Program-made: the position numbers and the translations under genes
Assembly (NCBI GenBank): GCA_903813345.2
Contig: CAIIXF020000001.1
Location: 30,070,001-30,134,000 of the forward strand
DNA: 64,000 nucleotides
DNA from: Owenia fusiformis
Taxonomy: Eukaryota
Direction of reading: 5' to 3'
The notes under the pieces: generated by a model
Databases searched by the model: none
What the model saw: the letters and a program-made list of their open reading frames with translations, nothing else
What the model was told of the DNA's origin: nothing
Part shown: one piece after another, positions 37,931-51,900 of the stretch
Layout of the letters: every line of letters begins with the position of its first letter
How positions within the stretch are numbered: position 1 is the first letter of the stretch

Positions 37931-40900
37931 TGTACTAGTATTGTCGCGATTAATCGATACATCGCAATATACATCGCCAAAAGTGATTCTGGCGATGCAT
38001 CGATGTCTGAAACAAAACATTGATGTTTTTTAGAAAAATGAATCTGCTAAAAATAATCTTTTCTCATCCCTTTTTTCCTGCAAATGTCTTACATTTCTCA
38101 TTCCTTAGTTCATTTCCCAATGTTCTCTGATATTCTTGAACTCTAATAAAGGACCCACGGTCCTGTGCTCACACACTCTAAATTCGTTTACTACTCAATT
38201 TCTTAGTTACTCAGTACTCAATTTATGTACATGTACTCAGTTTAAGACTTAGGTACCTAGTCAGTTTTTTAGTTACTCAGTACTAAGTTTCTAAAGTCAG
38301 ATTTGCCTATCAGTTTCCGTTGGTCCGTCCATCCATCTGTCCATCCGTCCTTCAACATTGGCTGCACAAATTAAAACTGCTATTCGGATTGAGTCATATC
38401 CACATTCATTTTATACATATCGATTTTTCTCAGAAATTTTCAGGATCACGATTTTCAAATTTTCAATCGATCGATTATTTTTCTAGGCTCATTCAAGTTC
38501 TAGTCGATTACCAGAGTCACTCGTTACACCACTAATGTATTCATAAGGTATGTATGCATGCTTGAGTTACATTCTTTATGCAATTTTTTCAGGGTTTAAT
38601 TAGTTCCGTTTGTCGAAACCTGTGAACAATTAAATTAACGCATCTAACTAAGGCAAAATGATCATGGAGGTTAGACCTAGCCAGGGCCATAAGACATGTC
38701 AGATAAGAAACGAGGCCCAGGCTAGGTCTCACTACCAAAAGTCAATGGTAAATTTCATATGCGCCATTTTGTTGAATCCTTTGATTTGAGTGGTTCCCTT
38801 AAAAAACAATATGGCGGACAAGGAAGTAAAAAAATAATATGCACAGCTCCTTTGATTTAAATGACGAATATATCAGGCAAAAGTGTAACTGCACACAATG
38901 CTTGCATATTTTGTTATGTAACTGTCGCATATATTGCTTAAAACGTATTAAATTGACGTCATCAAAACAGAAAATTGAGTGGCAATTTTCGCAAAAAGCG
39001 GAGAAAACCAGAGCTTGATATCTTACACAACCACATTTTAGAGTATGTTTATTCAGACAAACATGTAAAATTAAAGGTTTATGAAGGTTCAAGACTCGAA
39101 ATAAGCAGGACAAGTATCCCTCCTCACGATTTTCTTGAAGAATAGACAGTCATTTAGCTTTGAAAAGATCGAAAATACTTACATCTTCAATCATTTAAAC
39201 TTATCCCGCCATTTGTTTACAATGTTGTGCCTCGAAAGCAAGAAATTTAGACACGATTAAGATAAATAACCCCTCCTATATCCATGTTAAAAATGTGGGG
39301 TGACACCGTAATTGAAACAAAAGTCATTTCTTCCTGTGCATATCGCATTGACCAATCAATGGATTGGGATCAATGGATCAGAGCATAATCTGACAGAGAA
39401 TTGCTGATTGAAATTTTCCATGCCAATTCTATCTGAAATTCATTCTATTCTACGATAAATACTGCATATGTTTGATAAAAGATATTATCAGATGTAAGTA
39501 TAAGGTGTATTTGAAATATAAGACCGACATTTATTATGCTTTGAATTATGACATTTGAGATCGAAAAATGCAAATTAGTTTGAGGATAATTTTCCATTGA
39601 CTTTTGGTAGTGGGTCTAATTTACTATATTCTATAGGCACTGAGTGTGTTGTCTCTTCGCTATAGCGGAAAAAGGCATGCTTTCAAAATGGAAAACGAGA
39701 CGATGTCTATTTTAAATGAAAACGTTCAATATCTCATCAACAAGACAAGCTGTTACCATTTCAATTCATGAAATATTAACAGAACAATTTTTAGAATATA
39801 ACATAAATTTATTGTACGACGGCTAAAGATTTTACAATAGTTCACGGTGTTCCAGATGGAATTACTTCCAGCCAAGAATTGGCTAGAGACTCGAGTAAGG
39901 TCTAATGTTGTTGTGGACTAGCCTAAATGGAATATAGACTCAGACTTCAATTGCTAGCCTACAGTTTGGACCATAAATAAATGACAGGTGGATTTGCTGA
40001 AGTGAGGATTTCCCATGTTAAAAATAAGAGAATTTTCAAGAGGACATACATCAGTGGATGATATTATACAAAATGTAAAATATACAAATTTTAAGGGATA
40101 TGTATATAGACAATATTGGAAATTATGGGCTTTCAGACGACAATGATTAGGAAATGGTGATCGAAAATCGACCTGTCATTTATTTTTTAGACCAACTGTA
40201 GAAAATTCTATCAACAACGCAAGATGATCAATCATCTACTGGTCTACAAATCGTTGTAAATACCTGTTTATAAGCAAGAATATGCCGATCTTCAAAATCC
40301 TGCCTTCTGACTCAGTCACACTGAGTCAAAGTAAGCCAAGCCCAAAGAAAGTCGAATTCGAAGACGAAAAAATAAGATAAAAAATCCCCCCAATCCACAT
40401 TGTGTGTGTTTACTAATATTTAATGATTTGGATTGGATTGAAAAGAATCGTTCAAGTACTATAGAGTGCACATTTGAAGTTTGAAAAATACATTTTGCAG
40501 TATATTTACCTTTTTCCACACAAATTTGCTATATTTATTTTTGGGGTCAGCAGCCATTTTGTCTTGTGACATCAGCGTTTCCCCAAAGTCTTGATAAAAG
40601 GACGATATTGATTGGTTTAACAGTAGGAAGAAATATAATTGAACCAATCAAATTAAGCTTAACAGATTCTTTCGGTGATCACTTTAGAAAAATTTTGTTT
40701 ATAAATGGCGGCGTAGAGTTCATTTAAAAGACCAATAAATACTGCTGTTATAAAGAACAACAACACTTATTGATGTCATGATGACCACGAGGTGACGTGG
40801 AAGGTCAGGCCGTACCCATACGATTCATGTTTTAGGACCTTGTAAGTACATGGATATGAATAAATCCAATTTTGTTGTAGAGAGATCTAAGTCCGAAGTC

Positions 40901-41209
40901 AGTGAAACTGAAAGTAGATCTAAGCTAAGCCTTGTAAATATAGATCTACTAAAAATATGCAAAAATCACGAAAATGCAAACTCGTCTAATAGACCTTCGT
41001 GAAAGTGTAATGCTTTAGACTGCTGGCTACTGATTGCAAGATGGTTCAGTGGTGCATGCCATGCTTACTTCCTTAGAAAGCTATGAGGATATAATTCAAA
41101 ATCTAACACGACTCTCGAAGTGAGTAAGTGCATGCCGCATTAGAGAAAAGGCCAAATAGCAGAATAATCATACTCTGGCATATGCATAGCACAGATAATT
41201 CGAGACCTT

Positions 41210-42600
41210 ATCTCTTGCAAGACTTACGCCTGCCACAACCGTCACCATGTTATTCAGTGTTTTTAAGTATCGCAAGGATCCTGCCATGACCGTGGTTGTG
41301 TTATCGTGAAAGCCTGGTATAACCTTGACAATTCTGTATTATATTGCAATGCCAGGTATGTATCGTGTAAGCCTGGCACGACCGTAGACTTTATATGACA
41401 TCTATGATTTATTTCATGTTTCGCTAACCAAACCCGTCTGGCCCAGTTACGATGGAAATGTGGTGTTTTGTTTGTTATTTTGATGTTGAAATGGGCACAA
41501 CATTTCGTCAATATTTCGTCAGTTCTCCGCACCGAATAAAGTCACGTGATGTGACGTAACACGAGTGTGACGCGATAATTTTTAAACTTTCATGGAACGA
41601 AAATTCATTTCCCGGGAATCAATACATTCCAAATATTACGATTTGTTCAGCAGATTTGTTATCAAAACGTAGATTACTTTATAAAACAGACGTATCTGTG
41701 TTGTATTTAGACTGGAAAGAAATATGGTGGACATTAAATACGATTTTTCAATTTGTTGAACTGACCGAATGTAGTACTGAACGAAATATGCAGCCAAGAC
41801 TTCTCGATATTCTACGAGATCACGAACAGATTGCAGAAGAATTTCTCTTTTTGCTGCGTTTAATCGTTTCGTTCTTATTTATTAGCCGTCATAACGATGG
41901 AAACCTAATATAAATACAAAGTTTGATACAAGGAACAAACACGTAAGTTACTTTTATGTTTATTCATTTATCAGCACGTTTTATACATTGAAAAACCAGT
42001 GTGTTTTTTCCTTGTCTGGCCCAGATCTACGAGGTCAGGGGTAGTTGACTGGGCCAGACGGGTTTGGTTAAGGTTTCGCCCGTTGCTATTATTTATTTTT
42101 TTTATGGATTAACCTTAGTAATTGATCGTCATAGAAAGTATATGTTTTGGAATCATATGTATGTATCAAATCTATCAATGAACATGAGTACCATGTACAT
42201 GTAAAGTAGTCTTGCTCATTTAAGGTAGTTAAACACGAGGAAAATTATCATTACAGTGTTCTCGTGCTACTTTAAATGTTATTTAATACAACCAAGGTCA
42301 TGAGAGACCTTGCAAAATTGTCACAGTCATATCAGGCTTTAACCCTACCACGGTCATGACAGGCTTTAACATTACCACGGTCATGACAGGCCTTGCGATC
42401 ATTGTCACTGTCATATGTGGTCATATGGGGCTTTAACATTACCACAGTCATGACAGCCCTTGCAATATAATACAGCATTGTCACGGTTATACCAGGCTTA
42501 CACGATAACACTACCACGGTCATGGCAGGATCTTTGCGATACTTAAAAACACTGAATAACATGGTGACGGTTGTGGCAGGTGTAAGTCTTGCAATAGATA
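41210..42600. repeat. inverted repeat pair (~41210-41350 / ~42460-42600) with an adjacent 27-bp tandem (42330-42460); probable older TIR element
   Basis: TTGCAAGACTTACGCCTGCCACAACCGTCACCATGTTATTCAGTGTTTTTAAGTATCGCAA is mirrored at ~42535-42595; CAGGCTTTAACATTACCACGGTCATGA units. Confidence 0.7.
41425..42070. mobile_element. non-autonomous DNA transposon with 23-bp TIRs and probable 9-bp TSD (Mutator-like)
   Basis: TAACCAAACCCGTCTGGCCCAGT / ACTGGGCCAGACGGGTTTGGTTA; flanks ATGTTTCGC and AGGTTTCGC (8/9 identical). Confidence 0.7.
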
Positions 42601-42965
42601 GTATGTGGATAATTCCCATTCCATTTCTTCCTGGCTGCATGTACACGCGTTTCACAATCTCATTCTATTCATAAAAAAGCACAAATAAGACATAACGAAT
42701 CCAATTTTACAAATTTTGCAACAGTCTTACATTTGCAGTAGGCTGTTATCTGGGCGGATAGCAAGATTGGGGTATGATTTATTTTTTCCAACAGTATTTC
42801 ATTTAGGGTATTATCTAGGGGTTGTATGATTGCCAAATCTAAATAATCATGATCGATAATGTGCATTTTTTTTTGGAAAAATATCAATATTTTTTTCAGA
42901 AACTATGTAGATGTGCACTTTTTGAGGTGTTTTCTTATGTATTTTCATAGGTGTGAAGAATTAAT

Positions 42966-45900
42966 ATGGGTGAACTTGGTGAGAGGAACAGCTTGGTAGA
43001 TCAGATATTCCAACAGTATGATGCAGATTTGAAGGGTGAACTAACTGCCGTCCAAGCACAGAGCATACATGCTGACATGAGGATTGGGGGAATAAGTTTT
43101 CAGCAGGTGAGAATTCAAAATATACAGAACTTACAGGATGAATTAAAGAGTCAATAGCTTTAATATAATCAGGGGTGGATCTGGGAACCAACAAGGGGGG
43201 GGGCCCAAAATTCAGGTGAGAGGAAAAAAATTTTTTAGGGCCCCTAAAACCGAAAAGTGGGCCCAAATTTTGAATTATTTTTGGGCCCAATTTTTTTTTC
43301 TTGGCCAACTCAAGATCCGCCAGTGATGATAACCCTAAAACATCTTTGAATGAATAATTTGGTAGGGAAATAAACAAGCCTTCCATCTCAATCATCCATC
43401 CATCTGCCCGCTAGTGTGTCCGTGTGATAACTCGAACACCAGTTGTCAAATTTGGTTTGAATTTGAAAGGCCGATGCCTTATGGAAATAGAAAAGGTTTA
43501 AGGTTCATGTTCAAGCTGAGTTATTTATGAACACCATTACAGCAATAGAGCTATGAGCCCTTTAAATAAGGGCTTGTATTCATCAAAATGTGTAAATTTA
43601 AGTTTCATAGAAACAACCATAGTGTCTAAAAGGGGTTCAGAAAACTTGCTCAGGCATACTATGGGATGGGACAACAGAGCAGTAAAGTGAAAAGTCAACT
43701 TTCTGAAATTGACTTGTTATGTTCCCTATGTTTCAGGTTGAGGCTTCTATTGACTACACGTGTCTTGGAGATACTGTTGAGAAGAGTGAATTATTTGAGC
43801 TTCTTCAGGAGATGGATCGGCGCTATTTCTTAGTGCAAGATTTCCGCTGGGAGTTCTCTATGCTTGACAGAGAGATGAAAGACACAATCACTGAAGACCA
43901 AGCCAGGTGATTGATTGAATTTTGCTGTTAAATAATGTTCCCAGCTTATTTTGAATTCACAATTTTCCTGTAGGTTTGAGATTTTTCCATCATTTACTGA
44001 CATACTTTTACTGTAGAACAAAATAACATAGCTGGATTTCCTATTTTGGATCAAATGAAATATTTTGGAGAAAATAAGATATGGCTGTAATGCACACATT
44101 AATATGATGTGATGAATTATTTTCAGTTACTGCTTACATTATTGATAACTAGTTCATACATTGTAGGTGGTTCTTGCAAGCTGTCCATGGTGACTTTTTC
44201 TCCAAGAAACGATGGGAGAAGTTCCTTGCACGCAGGTCTGTGCCTGGCAGTGGTGTGAGCTTTGCAGAGATAGAGGTAGAGCTGTGTAACATACCAAGTG
44301 CCCAGAGCCTAAAGGATGAGGAGGATGAAGAGAAAAAGGAAGCTGAAGGTAGGAGGTTAATTATCTTAAAAAGCATGTGTTATTTCCAGAAACCATAACT
44401 TTATACAGGGTGACTCAAAAACAGAATCCATTAATCTTTGAATAAAGGGTCGTGGTTCTGCATTTTTGGATCACCCTGTATTGATCACTGGTCCCCACCT
44501 GGTTACCAGGATTGATCATCCTGATAAAAAATGGATGAACATCAAGCAGAGGAAAAATAGTTCTTTTTCTGGTCTATAGAAGTGTTATTTGAAAGAAAGA
44601 ATGTTCATTCATTTTGTCACTAGGAGGTACAGTCCTAAACCAGATGAGGACCAGTAATAATCACTATAACAACAAAACAACTCACTAACTAGGAGTTTGC
44701 TTTTTCTCTTCTTTTTTTTTTTTTTTTTCTTTAAAACAGTTTATTAATCACAAACAATTATATACATATTTACAAAACAAAATAGGCCTCTTTCTCTAAA
44801 TCAAAAATTGCTTTTAAACTCAATACATTTAAATTTTCATTACATTTATATCTGTGAATGGTTTTTTTAATAATTAATGCCTCTAGCATTTTGTCTTTTG
44901 GCACAGGAGACAAACCCAATTTTTCATCATTACTGAGTAAGCTATTTCGCCAAATATTTTTAATAAAGTTACAGTCTATAAAATAATGTTCTAAAGTGTC
45001 TTGGACATCTGGTTGGCAAAATTTACAAAAGTCATTTTGTTGTAATCTACATTTTTTTAAAAATACACCATTTGGATAAATATTGTGAAATATCTTCCAT
45101 TGTAATATTAGCAAAGACGTATCTTTGGTACATGAATATAAACATTTCCATACATTTGTTTCAATTAAGATATTGTTATGATATAATGGTATTTTTCTAT
45201 CCAAGGTAAGTTTTTCTCTGATTGTTTGGGTTTTTAATATCTTGCAGTCTATGTCTCGAAACTTTAAAGATTTATTTGGCAACACATTTCCATACCTTTG
45301 CATCATTTCATCAGACAATGAATTTCTGAGAGCCTGATATTCTAAAAAACTTTGGCCATTTCTATGAATCTTTTGACACAATTCATCATATGTAGCCAGT
45401 TTACTGTTTCTAACAACATCTGTCACATAAATTATACCTTTCTTAATCCAGTTAACAAAAAGGAGTGGTTCTCTAAATCTAGTTATGTACTGGTTGTTCC
45501 ATATAATAGATGAATCACAAGAATTGCTGTATTTCAGCCAATATTCTAAAAGATTCTTATAAAATTCATTACAGTTATTGATTCCTTTGATTTTATCATA
45601 AGGTACATTACTATTAAAAACACTAAAATCTCTTCCTAGTATGTTGTACATGTAACATGGTATAATTCGCCAATGACCTACTCCACCTTCTACTAACTTT
45701 GAAACCCATCTTAAAGCAAAAGCTACTTGCATATCCTTAACATTGATCATCTTTAACCCACCGTTATTATAATTTTGAACTAAGATGTCCCGTTTTACTC
45801 TATCAGGAATCTTTTTTAGATCTTCCTCTTTGAATCTGCCCTTTGCCCAAATAAATTTAAAAAGCAATGTATTAATTCTGTTGAGTAGATTTTCAGGAAG

Positions 45901-48900
45901 TATAAATGCTTGTAAAAGATAAGGAAATTGGGATAACAATAAAGATTTTGCCAGTACAATCTTCCCAATTATGGTTAAATTCCTTGATACCCATGACTTC
46001 ATAATATTTTCACATTTCGAAAATTTTGGCTCAAAATTTACTGGATTGTTAACCACCTTACCTGTGCTAAAAGTAATTCCAAGTATTTTAATATTATTAT
46101 CAGGCTTTAATTTCCATTTTACATGACCCAATCCATCTAGTCTATTTTTGAATCTCCCAAGCCACATTGCCTCAGTTTTCTGTGGATTTACCTTAAGACT
46201 ACTAATACTGTAAAATTCATTAAACACCTTCAGGGTATGATTAAATGATACATCATCATTTAAAAACATTGATGTGTCATCTGCAAATTGAAAAAGCTTA
46301 AATTCCTTATCCTGGCCAGGTGTTTTTATACCTTTGATTTTTTCTGACTGTCTAATTTTACATGAAAGAAGCTCAGTGGCTAAAATAAATAGTAAAGGTG
46401 ATAAAGGACACCCTTGTCTAATCCCCCGATCTAGTTTTACATTACCTAATATCCAACCATTGTTTAAAATATGATTAGTGCCATTGGTATTTAAAATATT
46501 CACCCATTTTGTAAATGAAGGACCGAATCCGAAGTTTTTTAAGGATTCTAACATAAATTCTTTAGAAATAGAATCATAGGCTTTCTCATAATCTATTGCT
46601 AACATAATACCTTGTAAATTATTTGTGTCAATATAACAAATTATATCATCTATCGCCCTTAAAATAGTAGCTGCACTTCTTTTCTTAATGTAACCACTTT
46701 GATTTTCATGTACAATTTTTGATATGACTTTTTTCAATCTATTTGCCAAAACCTTAGCCAAAATACGATAATCAACATTTGTAAGGGTTAAGGGTCTCCA
46801 ATGTTTTAAATAAGACCGTGCCAATCCCTTTTTAGGTAATAAAACCATAACACCTTTCTTTTGAGAATTTGATAATTCACCAGATATAAATGATGCATTA
46901 AAAGACTCTAGAAATAATGTGCTAATTCTTGTAAAAAATACTTTATAGAAACCTACTGATAGTCCATCTAGCCCTGGACTAGAGTTATTTTTCATATATT
47001 TTAATGCATGTTTACATTGATCTACAGTAATTAGACCTTCACAAGATTCTCTATCCGTTTGGCTCAATTTTGGTACCTCTACATTATTCAAAAAATCATC
47101 CAAACTTGCCTTTCTGAATACAATTTTCTTTGAGTACAAATTCGTATAAAATGACAATATTTCATCAGCTATTCGCTCTTGATTTGTAATAGTTGTATTG
47201 TCAGCCAAATTTAGTGAAGTAATACATTTATTAGTGGCCCTTGCTTTTTCTAACTGAAGAAAATACTTTGTGCTCTTTTCACCTTGTTCATGCCATTTGA
47301 CTTTTGACCGAACAAGAGCACCTTTTGATTCACCTGCACATAACATTTCATACTGTAATTTGAATTTATTTACCAACTGGTTTATATCTTTATTACCAGG
47401 ATTTAGTATCAACTCGCTAGATGCTTTTTCTAGCTTATTTTTCATATCTTTAATTTGGTCTCTTTTACTTTTGGCCAGTTGTTTACTAAAAATGCATGAT
47501 ATATCCTTAATCTTTACTTTACAGTAATCCCAAAGGATTTGTTTATCTAATTTGTCTTCATTTTTTGACAAATTTTCAATAGTATCGTTAATAATCTTAA
47601 CATACTCATGGTTTTCTAAAAGGCTATTATTAAACTTCCAGTATCCTGGACCTTTTTCAAAATTATTTATTTTCACATTAATGATGGTTCCTCTATGGTC
47701 AGAGGTAGGAAAATTTTCTATTCCAGTACATACTATTTTATCAAACAGAAAATCATTACAAAACATATAATCAATTCGACGCATAATATTCTGCGTCTTA
47801 TGCTTCCAAGTATAACATTTGTCATTTGGATTATGAATTCTCCATATATCTATAAGATCATTTTTATCTATGCATGCATTAAATGATTGAATTTCTCTTT
47901 GAGAATGTAAAGCCCCTGATATATTATCAAGGTTTTGGTTTAAAATACAATTAAAGTCACCAGAAATTAGAAAATTGACATCATGTGTGTTATATCTTTT
48001 GATCAAATTTTGAACTTTTTTATAAAAGTTGATTTTTTCACTGGCTTTATTTGGGGCATAAGCATTACATATAATGAAATGTTCATCTTCAAAATCTAAT
48101 TCAATAATCAAAATTCTGTCGTCCTTGACCAATAACTTTACATTTTCTGCTTCACAAGTCTTGTTAATCAAAATAATTTCTCCTTTAGAGTGATTTGTTC
48201 CTGGGTTAGCAAACAACTGCCCTCCCCATTCCTTGCTCCAATTGACAATATCATTTTCCGTCACAAAAGATTCTTGCAAACATGCAATATCAATCTTTTC
48301 CCTTTTAAGATATCTGAACATTGTGTGGCGTGTTACTTTTTTCCGTAGTCCTTGGACGTTTCCTGTAAAAATGTTTACCATTACGTATCGGGGTAAGTGT
48401 TTATTAAATTAATCTTTATCATCTGGATCAGCATTGACAACTTTGTGTTTCTGAGTTTCAGATACATGGTTCACTGGTTTGTCACTAACTGGAGATACAA
48501 CTCTCACACTTTTACTGGCATTTGGGTCCATAAGTGGTGATACGTCCTTCCGTTTCAGGCTAACATTAATGGATGTCTTCATTGTGGGTGAGTCAAGAGG
48601 TTCACTGTTTGATGGAGCTACTGGAGTGTTGTTGATGGCAGTTGAAACAAGTTTCAGCACAGGGGATGTTGGACTACAGCAAGAGGTAGATGTTGGATTG
48701 ACCTCTGTTGATGGTGCTGGTACTGTGTCATGTGCTGCATCATGATGGTGGGGATTCTTGGCAGCCTCACTTTGGCATGACTGTATGAACTTGTCTGCTC
48801 TCTCTCTATCACTGTGGGGGACATGTCATGGGAATCTAATTGTAGTGCTTGATCTAGAAGGGCACTAGCAACCCGAATACCATTTGTTAGATCTGGACAG

Positions 48901-51900
48901 TCTTTCTTTTGGTGGGTTGATGACCCACATTGCCAGCAGGACTTGGTCTTTGTAGGACACTCTGATTTACGGTGACCTTCAGATCCACACGAAAAACAAA
49001 TAACCACTCTTCTCTTAGGGCAATTTTTGGCTTCATGATCTTCCTTGCAAATTCGGCAGTTTATGCGCTGATTGTCATGATATAAAATTACGTCACATGT
49101 AATGATAGATTCAGAATCTAGAGGGTCAGTCATATCATATGATGTAAACCTGGGCTTTGGCGTTACAATCTCCTTTGCATAGCAAAACCTGTGGCCTGTG
49201 AGTACACTCAGTGCCTGATCTTTTGGTCCAGCTTTGCTACGAGTATGCCATTGAACCTCGGAAGCTCTGTTTGCAAAAGAGTCGACCCACTGCTCAATCT
49301 CTGCATTTGGCACGTGCAGAGGAATACCATGAATAGATATTCGAACATGGTTACGATGTTTATATGTTACAGACTCCTTTTCTAGTTTGTAATCACTCAT
49401 TTGATATTCCTTTCCCTTAATAGATACGTATCCCATTGACAGTAAGGTGTTTTTGGATTTTGTGCTATCTGTATAGAGAATATATGCGTTTCTATATAAC
49501 TGGACTCCTAATATGTTTGCTATTTTTATGACATTTCTGCCTAAATTTTCATCTGCAGTTTTCAATATAGAGTCAGCTATTTCAAGTTCAGTAGTCCTTC
49601 CTAGGCCTTTTGTATCTAACTTTATCCAAAGATTAATATCTGTCAATAGTTTAGATTTATCCATTTTTGTTTCTGACTTTTGAGATGGTCCCTCACTAAT
49701 ATTGCTCAGTATACCTCCTGTAAAGTTCACTATTTAGGTCACCATATACAGGTTAGGCAATACACTAATCCTCACTATATGTAGTGAAGTAATGTAAACA
49801 GAGCACCATATAAATGATGAATTGTACTTTTATGAAAATCCACTGTAGAAATATCAAAGTCAAATTCACCTGTTTCCACTGTGAAAATCTCTTCTATGTT
49901 TTAAATTATGCCTCTATAGACCAGGTTTACATAACAAATGTCAAATGTAAAATAAGATAAAATTACAGATGTATGAAAAATAACATAAACGTGTAATATG
50001 TTCTTTAAATCATTAAACCAATAGTATCACAAGTGTTGTTTATTTTCGGCATGCTATTCATATTTACAGAGAAACTGCACAAGAAACAAGAACTGGAGAA
50101 AGCTAAGGAAGAAGAACGTCAGAGAATAAAGAAGAAGAAAAAGGAAGAGAAGCAGAGGCAAGATGAGGAAGATAGACTAAGAAAAGAAGAGCAAGACAGA
50201 CTGAAGAGAGAGGAGGAGGTAAGACTACCACTGAGGTTATTTGAAAGAGGTCCATTCAACCAATATTTATGATTAACTTGCTTCACTTTAGATTTTCCAT
50301 AAACTAAAGTAATAATGTGAATTTTCAGCTTTGTGAAATCAATTTGAATACTTAATAATACTATAAATGGAAGATTGCCTTTGGGTTTCTGTATGGGCTT
50401 CCAAATTTTCTATAAGAAAATCTATAAGATAATGCATTTTTGATATGATAGATATTCTTCTTCTGAATGATCGAATACTTCATCAATGAGAGAAAATGAC
50501 ATGTTGTATTACAGGAGGAGAGAGCCAAAGTTTTACGTGAGAGGGAAGAGGAAGAAGCCAAAAGAAAGCAACTCATGGAGGATGAAGGTCAGTTTAATCA
50601 CATTATCTATACATCCTCTACTTGGTCAGCCCCTGTCCATATTTATTCCAGTAGTTAGTCCACTTGAAATGTTACTTACATGTTATAGTACGATTGTAGT
50701 TGTATATTAGTACATTTACATGCATTTTTATTTGTGTTGATTGATAATTGTCTCCAACGCTACATTGGTTTGAAGCTTTTTATAGATCCAAATAAAAAAA
50801 GCTATGTGCACGTTGCATGACAAAATAACAGGCATTATACTGTACTGCTTTTGACTGTTTTTACTTCATCCTTTCAGGTAGAATAGTGATTTTGAATTAC
50901 TTTAAAAATATTACACTTAGACTACATGTGTTTACAAACATTATACTCGTATATGCATGCTTTGGGTTAGCACTTTGTTTTTAAAACTCCAAGATAACTA
51001 AGAGTGCTATACAGGAAAATCAATGGACTTGCAGTGTGCGGGATTAAGGAAACTTGTTTGGTGATCAAAAGACCAGTATAAATTTCAAAACTCAGTTGTC
51101 CATTACCTACGTCTCATGTTCTCCAAAAAGGAAACCTCAAAGCCAGGTTTTCAACCCTGGCATGTATTTACTACTGAATGTTAACATTTTCTGTTGCCTA
51201 GAATACTCTTTTTCAAAGTCCCTATTATACTAAATGTTAAACACTGCTACTATTCAATTAGCTATAGTGAGTTGTTCTGAAGAAAGTGAACTTGACGTTG
51301 TACAAGAAAATGAACTTGAAGTTGTTCAAGAAAATGAACAAAGTAAGTTTTGTTTTATCTTGGTTTTGGATTTGAATTGATTTTGGTTTGGATGTTTTCA
51401 ATGTTACTGTGTCTAAAAATAAATTGTTATTATTATTATGCAAATGTATATCATTGTATTTATTGTGTATTATATTGTGTTTATACTAATAGGGAATTTC
51501 AAATGTGTTTACTTTTGTCTACTACATTGTTTACTTCTAGTGTATTATTGTGTTATCTTATACATGTTTCATACTTGATTGAAGAATTCCAGTTAATTGT
51601 CAACCAGGAACTGACCTGTCATTAATGACCTTGTGTGGATTGTTTGACTTGTGTCATCTGGTTTGCGAATTTGCCACACTTTGGATTCTTGGATTTTCAT
51701 TCTCTGAGAAAAGCATACTACAGATTTAGGGAGGCTGCCAAAATCAAATGGAACTGTATTATGTAACTGATTATTTGAAATATTTTGAATTATTTTAACC
51801 AGTCACTTCATCACTTTATATAACCCTGTGGTTTACACTAGCTTAATGTTCTTGTTTATTGCAGTTAATAAGATTGATTTTGATTTTGAAATCAAATGTT

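Larger units (their letters stand above)
44713..49887 (-). mobile_element. full-length L1/Tx1-clade non-LTR retrotransposon, antisense in an intron of the EF-hand gene
   Basis: Two ORFs, a poly(A) tail (T-run from 44713) and probable TSD TCTCTTCT at 44705-44712 and 49888-49895. Confidence 0.92.

Noticed and set aside
42332-42655. 107-aa minus-strand ORF with KACHDRG repeats
   Set aside because: Lies in 27-bp tandem and inverted-repeat sequence; no splice or coding support.
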